DNA of 64,000 bases from a virus. The stretch spans positions 1 to 64,000 of the IMG/VR virus record IMGVR_UViG_3300043427_002369. One strand, 5' to 3'. Of this stretch, positions 25,545 through 36,636 are shown piece after piece. The notes beneath the pieces are model-generated. The model did no database searches, was not told where the DNA came from, and saw only the letters and a list, made by a program, of their open reading frames with translations. The translations under genes were made by a program, and so were the position numbers. The stretch's first letter is position 1; the number at the start of each line of letters is the position of its first letter.

Positions 25545-27068
25545 ATGTCAGCAATTATAACTGATCAACTTAGAATATCCAATGCTTTGAGTTTTTTGGA
25601 TAAAATTAACAATTCATTAAATTCATATTATGTGTTTTTAGGATTGTCAAATCCAACAGAATACCTTAGCACTTGGGAATCTCTTCCACCATTTCAGCGT
25701 GATAATTTTGATGAAGAGAATAAGTGTTGGGATACTATGTTTTCTTTGAAAAAAATTTCTCCCAGTGATGTTTCTCCAGTTGTTCGAAGAATAAATTGGG
25801 AATCTGGAAGAATATATGATATGTATCGTCATGATATTAGTATTGACAAAAGATCTAACCAAACTCAGGCAACATCTTTATATTCTTCCGATTACTATGT
25901 GGTAACAAAAGATTATAAAGTTTATATTTGCCTTCAAAATGGAACATCACCAGAATCTTTAACTGGAAATCCTTCCTTGGATGAACCAACTTTTACTGAT
26001 CTTGAACCAAGAGCAGCGGGGACTAGTGGTGATGGGTATATTTGGAAATATCTTTATACAATTAGACCAAATGAAATTGTTAAATTTGATAGCACAAATT
26101 TTATTCCCTTACCTAAAAATTGGACAACTAATCAGGAAAATGCTGCAGTAAGATTGAACGCATCTTCAAGTGGACAAATAAAGATCATTAATATACTTGA
26201 AAGGGGTGCCAATTTAGGAGCACCTGGTCTTTATCAAAATGTTCCCATAAGAGGAGATGGACAAGGAGCAACAGCGACAATTGTTGTTGGTAGTGATAAT
26301 ACTGTAGATAAAATATTTGTATCAAATGGAGGATCTGGATATACTTTTGGAACTGTCGATCTCGAAAATTCAGGTCTATTTCTTGTAGATCCTCCAAAAT
26401 TTGATGTCATAATTCCACCAAAAGGTGGTCATGGAGCAAATATTTACAGAGAACTTGGATCTACTAATATTTTATTATATTCTAGAATTGAAAATGATAT
26501 TGGAGATCCTGACTTTATTGTTGGTAATAAAATTGCAAGAATTGGGATTATTGAAAATCCAGAGGCATTTGATTCCACATCAGTTCTATCGATACAAAAA
26601 GCAAGTTCTTTGTATGCATTAAAATTAAAAGAGCCTGGCGCAAGTTCTGCAGTAATTCCTGCAAATATAACGTTCACCCAAACAATAACAGGAGTTGGAA
26701 CCGCTGTAGGAAGAGCAGTTTCTTATGATAATGAAACCGGTGTATTAAAATATTGGCAGGATAGATCTTTGTATGGGTATACAAAGGCTGGTGTTTCAAC
26801 TAATGCTCCCTATGGATTAGTTCAAAATGCATTTACTGGAGGGACTATTAACGTAGACGCAAATACTATTGAAATTGATGGTGGATTTAGTGGTATATCT
26901 ACAGTAATAAATAATGGTACAGTTTATCTCGGGCAAAATTTTACTAATGGTCTATCAAACCCTGAGGTAAAAAAATATACCGGAAATATAATTTATGTTG
27001 ATAATAGACCATCCATAACCAGGTCTGCAAATCAGAAAGAAGATATCAAAGTCATTTTGCAATTCTAA
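25545..27068 (+). CDS. g8: Baseplate wedge subunit gp8
   Basis: MSAIITDQ.RI, VVRRINW, YDMYRHD, VYICLQNG, DGYIWKYLYTI, YVDNRPSITRS..QKEDIKVILQF. Confidence 0.92.
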   Translation: MSAIITDQLRISNALSFLDKINNSLNSYYVFLGLSNPTEYLSTWESLPPFQRDNFDEENKCWDTMFSLKKISPSDVSPVVRRINWESGRIYDMYRHDISIDKRSNQTQATSLYSSDYYVVTKDYKVYICLQNGTSPESLTGNPSLDEPTFTDLEPRAAGTSGDGYIWKYLYTIRPNEIVKFDSTNFIPLPKNWTTNQENAAVRLNASSSGQIKIINILERGANLGAPGLYQNVPIRGDGQGATATIVVGSDNTVDKIFVSNGGSGYTFGTVDLENSGLFLVDPPKFDVIIPPKGGHGANIYRELGSTNILLYSRIENDIGDPDFIVGNKIARIGIIENPEAFDSTSVLSIQKASSLYALKLKEPGASSAVIPANITFTQTITGVGTAVGRAVSYDNETGVLKYWQDRSLYGYTKAGVSTNAPYGLVQNAFTGGTINVDANTIEIDGGFSGISTVINNGTVYLGQNFTNGLSNPEVKKYTGNIIYVDNRPSITRSANQKEDIKVILQF

Positions 27069-27074
27069 TCTATC

Positions 27075-30000
27075 ATGCCACAAGAAACCAATCTTAACGT
27101 ATCTCCTTATTTTGACGATTTTGATGATAAAAAGAATTTTTATAAGGTTTTATTTAAGCCAGGATATCCCGTCCAAGCAAGAGAACTGACAACTTTACAG
27201 TCAATTCTCCAAAATCAAATTGAAAAGTTTGGATCTCATATTTTTAAAGAAGGATCTCCTGTTCTTGGTGGTAATGTTGTTTATGATAATTATTATGAAG
27301 GTATCCAAGTTGAACCAACCTATCTTGGTCTTTCTGTAGATTCATATCTGGGAGATCTTGTAGGTAAATATGTTATAGGGCAGGATTCTAAAGTTAAAGC
27401 AAGAGTTGAATATATTTTATCTTCTAATGATTCCCCTACTAAAAATACAATAGTTTATGTTTCTTATAGAGATTCCAGTGTTGATAATAATAGGCAATTT
27501 AGAGACGGAGAAATAATCACCACAGAAGAAGATGTTCCTTTTGTTGCAGGAGGAGTGACTAGTATTCAGGCAGGACAAGGTGTTTGTAAAACAATCTCAC
27601 AAAACTCATCTGTTACTGGATCATCTATTCATATTTCATCTGGAGTTTATTTTATTAGGGGATATTTTGTAAATGTTGATGAAGAAACTCTATTATTGGA
27701 CCCAACTTCTAATAATGTAACTTATAGTGTAGGATTAAAAATTTTTGAAGATGTTGTAACTTTTGATGATGATGAAACTCTTGCAGATAATTCTCAAGGA
27801 TTTTCTAACTATGCTGCTCCAGGAGCAGATAGATTTTCTATTAAAGTAAGATTAGCAAAATATTCAATTAATGAAAATCAAGATGAAGGATATTTAGAAT
27901 TATTTAAGGTTAGGGACGGAATTCCAGATAAAGTTCAAAAAGATGCAGAATATAATCTTCTAGCTAATGAATTTGCTAGGAGAACTTATGATGAATCTGG
28001 AGATTATTATGTAACTCCATTCAAACTTACTGTCAACGAATCATTAGATAATTTAAAAGGTAATAAAGGTATATTTAAAGAAGGGCAGCAAACTTATGGT
28101 AATAGAACTGCAAGTGAGTCTTTAGGTGTTTACAAATTATCTCCTGGAAAAGCTTATATTAGAGGATTTGAAGTTAATGTCCCAAATCCATCTTTTATTG
28201 ATTTTAATAAACCAAGAGTAACAAAAACTTTATCCAATCAAAGTCTTGTTTATAATACTGGATCTACATTTACACTGAATAGAGTCCACGGAACCCCACC
28301 TATTGGAATTTCAACAACTTATACTTTAAGTTTTAGATCGGAAAGAATAGGATCTGATAATAACACTGCTCCAGGAAAAGAAATTGGTATTGCTAGAGTT
28401 TATGATTTTGCCTTAGAATCTGGATCATATAATCCATTAAGCCAAAATATAAATGAATGGGATATTACATTATTTGATGTTCAAGCATATACTGAAATTA
28501 CACTTAATGATGCAATTAGTTTAGAGTTTCCTACTTTTATTAAAGGTAGTTCTAGTGGAGCAACTGCATTTCTTAAAGATAATGTAGTTAATTCAGGAAT
28601 TCTTACCGCATATAACGTAAATGGTAGGTTCCTAAAAGGAGAAAGATTAAGCTTTGATAGTATCCAGAACAATAGAATTATTACCTCATTTAAAACATAT
28701 GATATTGGAGATTTTAAATCTGTTTATGGAATAGTCGGAACCGGATCGACATTTACTGCCGATATTGTCCAGAAGCAAAAATCTTTTGTCGGTCCAGTAA
28801 GTATATCAGGTTATACATCAGGAATTAGCACTGTCACTAGTTCTAGTTTTATTTTTAATAAAGTTGCTTTAGAGAATGATATAGTTTCATTTTCTAGTCC
28901 TGAGCAAGAAGAACCAACTTATGCAAAAATTGTTAGTGTCAGTGAAAAAAGTATTACAATTACTCAAGTCACTCCAGTATCAGACGTATGTGTTAGCACA
29001 TTGTCACTATCACCTATAAATGTTTCTGATTTTAAAATCTTAACATCATCATTACAATCATCAACTGATAATACATTATATACCATCTTCCCACATAACA
29101 AAATTTCTTCAACTAATCTAGAAAATTCTGAAATTATTATTAGAAGACAAAGGCAAATTGATATTTTAGATAATACTTCTGATGTTATTATTTTAGAAGA
29201 TGATGAAAGATTTATGCCTTATGATGAAGAAAGATATTCAGTGATTTATTCCAATGGGGATACTGAGCCTTTAAGAGAAGATCAGTTCTCAATTACTCTT
29301 GGAGGTCAAAGTCTTAGAATTAATGGTCTATCTTTGACAGGTGTCGCTGCTACACTAACATACACAATTAAAAAACTTAATGTAAGTGCAAAAGTTAAAA
29401 CTAGAAATAGAGTTAATAATATTATTGTAGATAAATCAAAATATAATTTCTCTGGAGTTGGGCAAACAACAATTAATGATGGATTAACATTTGGAAATTA
29501 TCCATATGGAACAAGAGTTCATGATGAAGATATATGTTTAAACTATCCAGATATTGTAAAATTATTGGGAGTATTTGAAACTAATAGTGCTACTGATACA
29601 CCTTCACTCCCATCAGTTACAATGAGCTTATCTGATGTAACAACATCAAGTATGATTTTGGGTGAAGAATTTATTGGGGAAAGAAGTAATTGTGTTGCGA
29701 TATTAGTAGAAAAAATTAATAATAATACAATTAGTTACATCACTCTAAATTCTTCGAGTTTTTCTGAAAATGAAACATTAAAATTCAAGGAATCTGGAAT
29801 AGTTGCATCTATCAATTCTTTGAATTCTGGAAACTGTAAAAATATAACAGATAGTTATGTTTTAGATAACGGTCAAAGAGATACTTTTTATGACTATGGT
29901 AGAATTGTTAGAAAATCTACTGCAAGAGAACCACGCAAAAAATTAAAAATTGTTTTTGAATCTACTGATTTTTCACCTTCAGATCCTGGAAGTTTTGTAA

Positions 30001-33000
30001 CGGTCGATTCTTATAAGCAGTTTGATTATTGCGATATCCCTTCTTTAAACAACCTTAGAAATTATAATATTTTAGACTTAAGACCTAGAGTATCTAATTA
30101 CACGGTTTCTTTAAATGCAAGATCACCATTCGAATCCTTATCCAATAATTTCACAAACGTTTATAATCAAAATTTACCCATTTTAGCGTCTGATGAGGAT
30201 ATTATTCTCGACTATTCTTATTATTTACCTAGAATTGATAAAATTATCTTATCTAAAGAAGGTAATTTCCAACTACTGATTGGAGACCCTTCTGAAACTC
30301 CACAGGCACCTCTTAATTTAACTGATTCTTTAGACATTGCTACTATTACACTTCCTGCATATTTGTGCTCATATGAAAGTGTAGGTATTGATTTATCGCA
30401 ACATAAGCGTTATAAAATGAGTGATATTAAAAAACTTGAGGATAGAATTAAAAATCTTGAGTTTTATACCACATTATCTTTACTTGAAACTGAAACTGCA
30501 AACTTTACAATTAAAGATGCAAATGGTTTAGATAGATTTAAATCTGGTTTCTTTGTAGATAATTTTACAACACTAATATCTCAAAAAACAACTCAGATTA
30601 CTAAGAACTCAATTGATATTGAAAATTCACAATTAAGACCATCTGTTTATACAACTTCTATTGATTTAATTCTTGGACACACTGATGCTGCGGGTAACAT
30701 TAATTTCAATAATGATGATTTTGACTATAAGTCAAATCAATCTATTATCGGAAATAATGTTAGAAAATCTGTTGGAACCGTTGGTAAAGGAGTTCTGACT
30801 TTAGATTATTCTGAGACTGAAGAAATTATACAACCATATGCGACGAGAGTTGAAAATGTAACGCCATATCTAGTAACATTTTATGGTGGTATTGCGGATA
30901 TTAACCCATCTTCCGATATTTGGTTAGATCCCATCGTTCTAGATCCTATTAATCTGGGAGTTAGAGAAGAAATAAAAACTATTGATGTTGAATTGGAATC
31001 CGTTCCAGATAACAATAGTGGATGGGCTCCAATGATTTTTGGTGCTTGGGAAACTTCTTGGACCAACACTTCTGCACCTAGAGAAGTATCTAGAGGGCAA
31101 AAATATGAATTAGACGGGAAGTGGTATCAAGATGTTGTCTATGCGACTGATAAAAACGGAACTTCTACCAGAACTGGGTCTTCAAATAGAATTACTTTCA
31201 CTGATACTTCAGTATCTTATGGATCTAATGTTGTAACAGTAGATATTGCAACATATTGTCGTGCAAGAAATCTTGAAATAATTTCAAGGAAGTTAAAGCC
31301 ATATACAGAAATGTATGCTTTCTTTGATGGGCAAGACGTAAGCCGCTTTATGGTTCCAAAACTCATTGAAATCCAAATGGAGTCTGGAGTATTCAGAATT
31401 GGTGAAACAGTTGAAACAGATACTAGTTCTTCATCTTCAACTGATGCGTTCATTAGATTTAGGTTGTGTCAACCAAATCATAAACAAGGTAGATACGATT
31501 CTCCAACATCAATTTATGGATTAAATCCATATGATAGAACTAACAATGTTCCTTCTACGTATTCTTCATCATCTACCGTTTTAAATATCGATACTTTCCT
31601 TCTTGCCGAACAGGGAATTGGTAATTTTTATGGATATGTATCATCTGGTATGAGACTTATTGGAAAAACTAGTGGGGCAGTTGCAATAGTTCAAGAAGTC
31701 AGGTTGATAACTGATAATATTGGAACTTTGATGTCTTCATTCTTTATTCCAAATAATAATATACCAAGCAATCCAAGATTTACTACAGGATCTAAACTTT
31801 TTAGACTTTCCAGTCTACAATCAAATTCAACCGTTCCAGGTCTTTTAAACAGTTTAGCAGAAGCAGCTTTTTATGCTCAAGGAACTATTACAACAACTCA
31901 AGAAACTATCGGAACACTCAGGAATAGTTTGAGAGAGTTAGGAACTTTAACACAAACCATTCCAGCTTCAACAACCGATTTTTCACAACCAGTAAGAGTC
32001 GAAGTTCCTGCACCCCCAACACCAAAGCCTTCTGAACCATACCCCACTCCTTCCCCAGAACCTACTCCAGAACCTTCTCCTTCCCCATCCCCAAGTCCTT
32101 CTCCTGGACCAAGTCCTTCTCCTGGACCAAGTCCTTCCCCAGGACCAAGTCCCTCTCCATCCCCAAGTCGTTCTCCTGGACCAAGTCCCTCCCCAGGACC
32201 AAGTCCTTCACCTAGCCCTTCTTCGGATAAGATAGAGCAATTTAAGTTATACACAACACCAGGAACTTATACATTTACTGTTCCAAAGGGAGTCACTTCG
32301 GTTCAAGCATCTGGTGTCGGTGGCGGTGGCGGTGGTGGATTTGGAAGATCTAATAAGTCCGGTGGCGGTGGTGCTGGTGCTGGAGTTTGTTCTAGAAATA
32401 TTCCGGTTACTCCTGGTGAAGTTCTTACTGTTATAGTTGGTTCAGGTGGAAGAGGATCTACAACAGATGTTAAAGCAGAAGATGGACAGCCAAGTTATAT
32501 TGTAAATAAAAATATTATCGCTAAAGGTGGTGCCGCCGGATCTAGCACCTCAAAAGGATCTGGTGGAGAAACTAGCGGTGGTGGTGGAAAGGGTGAAGAT
32601 GGAAAATATGATTCCTCTGATACTCAAAGAGGTGGTTATGGTGGAGGATCTGGTAGAGAAGGTGGTGGAAACTGCGGTCACTCTAAAGATAAAGAAGGGT
32701 GCGGAAGTCCAACTGCAGGTCCTGGTGGAAATGGTATTAAATTTGCCGGTGCTGGAGGAAATCCTGGTCAAACTCCAGATTGTGGAACTAGAACAGGTGG
32801 AACCGGTGGAACATATGGTGGTGGCGGTGGTGGAGGTGTTAATGGAGGTTCTGGAGGTAATGGAGCTTCTGGCGCTTTCCTCTTAAAATGGAAAGAATCT
32901 ACATCTACTGCATCTTCCAATATGATTCCGCCAGTAGGACTTGATCCACTAGCACAATCATTTACTATTACTGCACCTGAAGGAAGATTTGTAACAGCAG

Positions 33001-35414
33001 TAGACCTATTCTTACAATCTAAAGACGATACTCTTCCATTAATTGTTGAGTTAAGACCAATGTCACTTGGCCTTCCAACTGGTGAAATATATCCATTCAG
33101 TCAGATTGTTGTTAATCCTGAAGATATTCAAGTTTCTGAAGATGGATCTGTTGCGACAAGAGTTCAATTTGAAGCACCAGTATATCTCAAAGGAAATACT
33201 GAGCACGCTCTTGTCCTGAAATCAGATTCCACTAATTATTATGCTTGGATTTCTAGACTTGGTGAAGTAGATATTACGACAGCATCTTTACCAGAGTCTG
33301 GTAGAGTTATTATTGCTAATCAACCAGATATCAGTAAAGTAGGTGTTTTATTCAAATCTCAGAATGCATCGACTTGGTCACCAAGTCAATTTGAAGATCT
33401 CAAATTCACCTTATATTCTGCAGTTTTTGTACAGACTGGAAATGTAAGTTTCTTCAATCCAGATCTAACTGAAAACAATCAACAACTTTCAACTCTCACT
33501 AACAATCCACTTGAAATTTCTTCCAAGAGAATTAAAGTAAGTATTTCTAGCACTTTGAGTGATCCTGATTTTGCATTAGGAAATACTATTGTTCAAAGGG
33601 TAACTGGAGCAACTGGAAATTACGTTGGTGCAGCAGGTTCGATTGCAAGCATATCCATTACCAATTCCGGAATTGGATACACCCCTTCAAATGGAACTTC
33701 ATTTGTATATCAAAATGTTATACTTGCAAATTCCACTTCTAGTGGAAAAAATGCAACTGCTGATATTACAATAGGAACAGATATTGCTGGTAATAACGGA
33801 GTTGCTATTGCCGCAACAATTAGAACAGGTGGTTATGGATATCAGAAGGGTGATGTTCTTTCTGTAGATCAACTTGGTGATCAAACTTTAGGTAGAAATT
33901 TACTTCTCACAGTAGATAATATCACAGCATATAATCAACTCATTATTGATAATGTTGAAGGAGATTTCTTGACAGGAATTGGATATACATTGAGATATAC
34001 TAAAAATACTGGAATTAATACAGACTTGAACTTTAGTTATACTCCCGCAATCTACATTAATGATATTGAAGTTGAAACTGATGGATTGCATATTAAAGTA
34101 AATCATCCAAATCATGGAATGCATTCTGAAATTAACACAGTAACCATTTCAAATGTTCAATCTGATATTCTTCCTGTAAAATTAAGCTCTAATCTTGCAG
34201 CAACTTCAGAGGTAACTTCATCAATTCCTTTAAATTCTTCAGTTGGATTTGGAACATTTGAAAATGTATCTGTAGGGGCAACTACTCCTGGATATATCCT
34301 TATTAATAATGAAATAATTAGATATACCGGAGTTTCTGGAAATGAACTAACTGGTATTACTAGAAACTTTGATAATACTCCTTCTCAATCATATTTTGCA
34401 AACACTAATGTTTATAAGTATGAGTTGAATGGGGTTTCTTTAAGGAGAATTAATAAGTCTCACGAACTACAGGATGCTAGTGTTTTAAATCCTATTGGTC
34501 TAGATTACTATCACTTAAAAATTAATACTTCAGATAGAGATCCATCTTTGGGAAGTTTGTATTTTTATGATTCCAAGTCTGCAGGTGGATCAAACGTTAA
34601 AGCGTCTAAGAATATCCAATTTGAAATTATTAAACCAAATATTCAAATTATGACCCTGCCACAAACAAGTGTTGCTTCCGATATGAGAACTATCTCTGCA
34701 ACAAGTGTGAGTGGAGTTGAACCTTCATTCGTTGATCAAGGATATGAGAGAGTTGATTTTAATGTTGACAATTACCCAACTACCAGTCGTTTGATTTGCT
34801 CTAAGATTAATGAATTAACTAAATTATCTGCTCAACCAGCAAATAAGTCTTTAGAAATTAGAGCTTTCTTAACAACTGAAAATGATAGATTGAGTCCAGT
34901 TATAGACCTTGATAGAGTAGGTGCAATTCTAGTAACAAATAGAATTAATAGTCCAATTGTAGATTATGTAAATGATTCACGCCCATCAACTCTGAATAAA
35001 GATCCTATCGCATTCTCTTATGCAACTAAACCAATTAGTTTAGAGGTTGCTGCAACTTCAATGAGAGTATATGTTGCAGGGTATATCAATAGAAACTCAG
35101 ATCTAAGAGCATTTTATGCAGTTCTGAAAGATCCTGCGGAATCTCCCATTTATTATCCATTCCCTGGATATGCTAATAGAATTATCTCTGGAGAAGTTAT
35201 TGATATTAATAATAGTAATGGATCTCCAGATAAATTTGTAGCAAATAATGATATTTTTGGAAATGGCAATTCTCAAAATTATTTCAAGGACTATGAATTT
35301 AGTATAGATAATCTTGCAGCATTTAGATATTTCAGCATTAAACTTGTTGCAACATCAAATATCCAAGTATATCCTCCAAAATTAAGAGATCTTAGAGTCA
35401 TTGCATTGGCATAA
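27075..35414 (+). CDS. Large virion structural protein (VrlC/DUF4815-like) with an internal Pro-Ser linker and glycine-rich insertion
   Basis: MPQETNLNVSPYFDDF..KNFYKVLFKPGYPVQARELTTLQSILQNQ; APGADR; DRFKSGFFVDNF; DPLAQSF; ends LRDLRVIALA. Confidence 0.85.
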   Translation: MPQETNLNVSPYFDDFDDKKNFYKVLFKPGYPVQARELTTLQSILQNQIEKFGSHIFKEGSPVLGGNVVYDNYYEGIQVEPTYLGLSVDSYLGDLVGKYVIGQDSKVKARVEYILSSNDSPTKNTIVYVSYRDSSVDNNRQFRDGEIITTEEDVPFVAGGVTSIQAGQGVCKTISQNSSVTGSSIHISSGVYFIRGYFVNVDEETLLLDPTSNNVTYSVGLKIFEDVVTFDDDETLADNSQGFSNYAAPGADRFSIKVRLAKYSINENQDEGYLELFKVRDGIPDKVQKDAEYNLLANEFARRTYDESGDYYVTPFKLTVNESLDNLKGNKGIFKEGQQTYGNRTASESLGVYKLSPGKAYIRGFEVNVPNPSFIDFNKPRVTKTLSNQSLVYNTGSTFTLNRVHGTPPIGISTTYTLSFRSERIGSDNNTAPGKEIGIARVYDFALESGSYNPLSQNINEWDITLFDVQAYTEITLNDAISLEFPTFIKGSSSGATAFLKDNVVNSGILTAYNVNGRFLKGERLSFDSIQNNRIITSFKTYDIGDFKSVYGIVGTGSTFTADIVQKQKSFVGPVSISGYTSGISTVTSSSFIFNKVALENDIVSFSSPEQEEPTYAKIVSVSEKSITITQVTPVSDVCVSTLSLSPINVSDFKILTSSLQSSTDNTLYTIFPHNKISSTNLENSEIIIRRQRQIDILDNTSDVIILEDDERFMPYDEERYSVIYSNGDTEPLREDQFSITLGGQSLRINGLSLTGVAATLTYTIKKLNVSAKVKTRNRVNNIIVDKSKYNFSGVGQTTINDGLTFGNYPYGTRVHDEDICLNYPDIVKLLGVFETNSATDTPSLPSVTMSLSDVTTSSMILGEEFIGERSNCVAILVEKINNNTISYITLNSSSFSENETLKFKESGIVASINSLNSGNCKNITDSYVLDNGQRDTFYDYGRIVRKSTAREPRKKLKIVFESTDFSPSDPGSFVTVDSYKQFDYCDIPSLNNLRNYNILDLRPRVSNYTVSLNARSPFESLSNNFTNVYNQNLPILASDEDIILDYSYYLPRIDKIILSKEGNFQLLIGDPSETPQAPLNLTDSLDIATITLPAYLCSYESVGIDLSQHKRYKMSDIKKLEDRIKNLEFYTTLSLLETETANFTIKDANGLDRFKSGFFVDNFTTLISQKTTQITKNSIDIENSQLRPSVYTTSIDLILGHTDAAGNINFNNDDFDYKSNQSIIGNNVRKSVGTVGKGVLTLDYSETEEIIQPYATRVENVTPYLVTFYGGIADINPSSDIWLDPIVLDPINLGVREEIKTIDVELESVPDNNSGWAPMIFGAWETSWTNTSAPREVSRGQKYELDGKWYQDVVYATDKNGTSTRTGSSNRITFTDTSVSYGSNVVTVDIATYCRARNLEIISRKLKPYTEMYAFFDGQDVSRFMVPKLIEIQMESGVFRIGETVETDTSSSSSTDAFIRFRLCQPNHKQGRYDSPTSIYGLNPYDRTNNVPSTYSSSSTVLNIDTFLLAEQGIGNFYGYVSSGMRLIGKTSGAVAIVQEVRLITDNIGTLMSSFFIPNNNIPSNPRFTTGSKLFRLSSLQSNSTVPGLLNSLAEAAFYAQGTITTTQETIGTLRNSLRELGTLTQTIPASTTDFSQPVRVEVPAPPTPKPSEPYPTPSPEPTPEPSPSPSPSPSPGPSPSPGPSPSPGPSPSPSPSRSPGPSPSPGPSPSPSPSSDKIEQFKLYTTPGTYTFTVPKGVTSVQASGVGGGGGGGFGRSNKSGGGGAGAGVCSRNIPVTPGEVLTVIVGSGGRGSTTDVKAEDGQPSYIVNKNIIAKGGAAGSSTSKGSGGETSGGGGKGEDGKYDSSDTQRGGYGGGSGREGGGNCGHSKDKEGCGSPTAGPGGNGIKFAGAGGNPGQTPDCGTRTGGTGGTYGGGGGGGVNGGSGGNGASGAFLLKWKESTSTASSNMIPPVGLDPLAQSFTITAPEGRFVTAVDLFLQSKDDTLPLIVELRPMSLGLPTGEIYPFSQIVVNPEDIQVSEDGSVATRVQFEAPVYLKGNTEHALVLKSDSTNYYAWISRLGEVDITTASLPESGRVIIANQPDISKVGVLFKSQNASTWSPSQFEDLKFTLYSAVFVQTGNVSFFNPDLTENNQQLSTLTNNPLEISSKRIKVSISSTLSDPDFALGNTIVQRVTGATGNYVGAAGSIASISITNSGIGYTPSNGTSFVYQNVILANSTSSGKNATADITIGTDIAGNNGVAIAATIRTGGYGYQKGDVLSVDQLGDQTLGRNLLLTVDNITAYNQLIIDNVEGDFLTGIGYTLRYTKNTGINTDLNFSYTPAIYINDIEVETDGLHIKVNHPNHGMHSEINTVTISNVQSDILPVKLSSNLAATSEVTSSIPLNSSVGFGTFENVSVGATTPGYILINNEIIRYTGVSGNELTGITRNFDNTPSQSYFANTNVYKYELNGVSLRRINKSHELQDASVLNPIGLDYYHLKINTSDRDPSLGSLYFYDSKSAGGSNVKASKNIQFEIIKPNIQIMTLPQTSVASDMRTISATSVSGVEPSFVDQGYERVDFNVDNYPTTSRLICSKINELTKLSAQPANKSLEIRAFLTTENDRLSPVIDLDRVGAILVTNRINSPIVDYVNDSRPSTLNKDPIAFSYATKPISLEVAATSMRVYVAGYINRNSDLRAFYAVLKDPAESPIYYPFPGYANRIISGEVIDINNSNGSPDKFVANNDIFGNGNSQNYFKDYEFSIDNLAAFRYFSIKLVATSNIQVYPPKLRDLRVIALA
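32010..32222 (+). repeat. Pro/Ser-rich tandem repeat (PSPSPG)n, 18-nt unit CCAAGTCCTTCTCCTGGA
   Basis: Direct reading; lies inside the VrlC-like CDS. Confidence 0.85.
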
Positions 35415-35417
35415 ATT

Positions 35418-35639
35418 ATGAAATACAGTAGAGTTCAAGGACACGATCATCTTTTAAGAGATGAATCTACAAAGTCTATTATAAACACAAATGTTTCTGA
35501 ATATGAAAATTATATCAAAATGAAACAGATTAAAGAAAGTGAAGTTGAAAGAATTAAAAGAATTGAAACTGATTTAACTTCTCTAAAGGGTGATATTGAT
35601 GAGATTAAATTTTTACTGAGGAAATTATCTAATGATTAA
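35418..35639 (+). CDS. Conserved small coiled-coil protein (73 aa)
   Basis: V.GH..L.RD..T.SIINT motif; typical position before g13. Confidence 0.8.
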   Translation: MKYSRVQGHDHLLRDESTKSIINTNVSEYENYIKMKQIKESEVERIKRIETDLTSLKGDIDEIKFLLRKLSND

Positions 35640-35799
35640 TCCTAATGAGATTGAATTGGAAAATATGAGCAAACTTTTTGAATATGAAAAAATCTCTAGA
35701 GATATAGATAGTATAGATGATATTGAACTAGTTAAAAATTTTGCAAAAGCATATGTTAGATTATATTTAAAACAGCAAGAAGTTGTATCTAAACTATAA
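35632..35799 (+). CDS. Small helical protein (55 aa), possibly NblA-like; not in ORF track
   Basis: Read by hand: MINPNEIELENMSKLFEYEKISRDIDSIDDIELVKNFAKAYVRLYLKQQEVVSKL; overlaps both neighbours (TAATG coupling to g13). Confidence 0.7.
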   Translation: MINPNEIELENMSKLFEYEKISRDIDSIDDIELVKNFAKAYVRLYLKQQEVVSKL

Positions 35800-36632
35800 T
35801 GGCACAACCATCCTCAAGGCAAGAACTAATAGACTATTGTTTAAGAAAATTGGGAGCACCAGTTTTAGAAATAAATGTTGCTCAAGAGCAAGTTGAAGAT
35901 CTTGTTGATGATGCCATTCAGTTCTTTCAAGAAAGGCACTTTGATGGCGTAATTCAAAATTACCTTAAATATCAAATAACTCAAGAAGATATTGATAGAG
36001 GTAGGGGAAATGTTGGAATTACTACAACAACAGTAAGTAATACTATTAATGCCGTAACAACTCAGTATGATTACAAAGAGAATAGTAATTACTTACCTGT
36101 TCCATCAAATGTAATTGGAGTAAATAAAATTTACCAATTTGAAGGTACTAACTCGATTTCGAATAGTATGTTCAGTATTAAATATCAATTATTCTTAAAT
36201 GATGTTTATTACTGGGGTTCATTAGAACTATTGACTTATTCTATGGTTAAGAGATATCTTGAGGATATTGACTGGTTATTAAATACGCAAAAACAAATAA
36301 GATTTAACAAGAGACAAGATCGTTTGTATATGGACATCGATTGGTCCAGTTTAATTCCCGGACAATGGTTGATTATTGATTGTTATCAAGTTATGAATCC
36401 AACCGATTTTACTCAGGTTTGGAACGATTCTTTCTTGAAACCATATTTGACTGCTCTTATTAAGAGGCAATGGGGGTATAATATTTCAAATAAATTTAGA
36501 GGATTGAAACTTCCAGGTGGTGTTGAGTTGGATGGAAGAACTCTTGTTGAAGATGCTCAGAGAGAAATTGATACTCTGATGGACAAGATGTCATCTACTT
36601 ATGAACTCCCACCTCTAGATATGATCGGATAA
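35799..36632 (+). CDS. g13: Neck protein gp13
   Basis: SRQELIDYCLRKLGAPVLEINV; LIKRQWG.N; LPGGVELDG; ends PPLDMIG. Confidence 0.93.
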   Translation: MAQPSSRQELIDYCLRKLGAPVLEINVAQEQVEDLVDDAIQFFQERHFDGVIQNYLKYQITQEDIDRGRGNVGITTTTVSNTINAVTTQYDYKENSNYLPVPSNVIGVNKIYQFEGTNSISNSMFSIKYQLFLNDVYYWGSLELLTYSMVKRYLEDIDWLLNTQKQIRFNKRQDRLYMDIDWSSLIPGQWLIIDCYQVMNPTDFTQVWNDSFLKPYLTALIKRQWGYNISNKFRGLKLPGGVELDGRTLVEDAQREIDTLMDKMSSTYELPPLDMIG

Positions 36633-36636
36633 AAAT

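Noticed and set aside
31898-32254. Minus-strand (GEGLGP)n ORF as a collagen gene
   Set aside because: It is the reverse-complement reading of the Pro-Ser repeat
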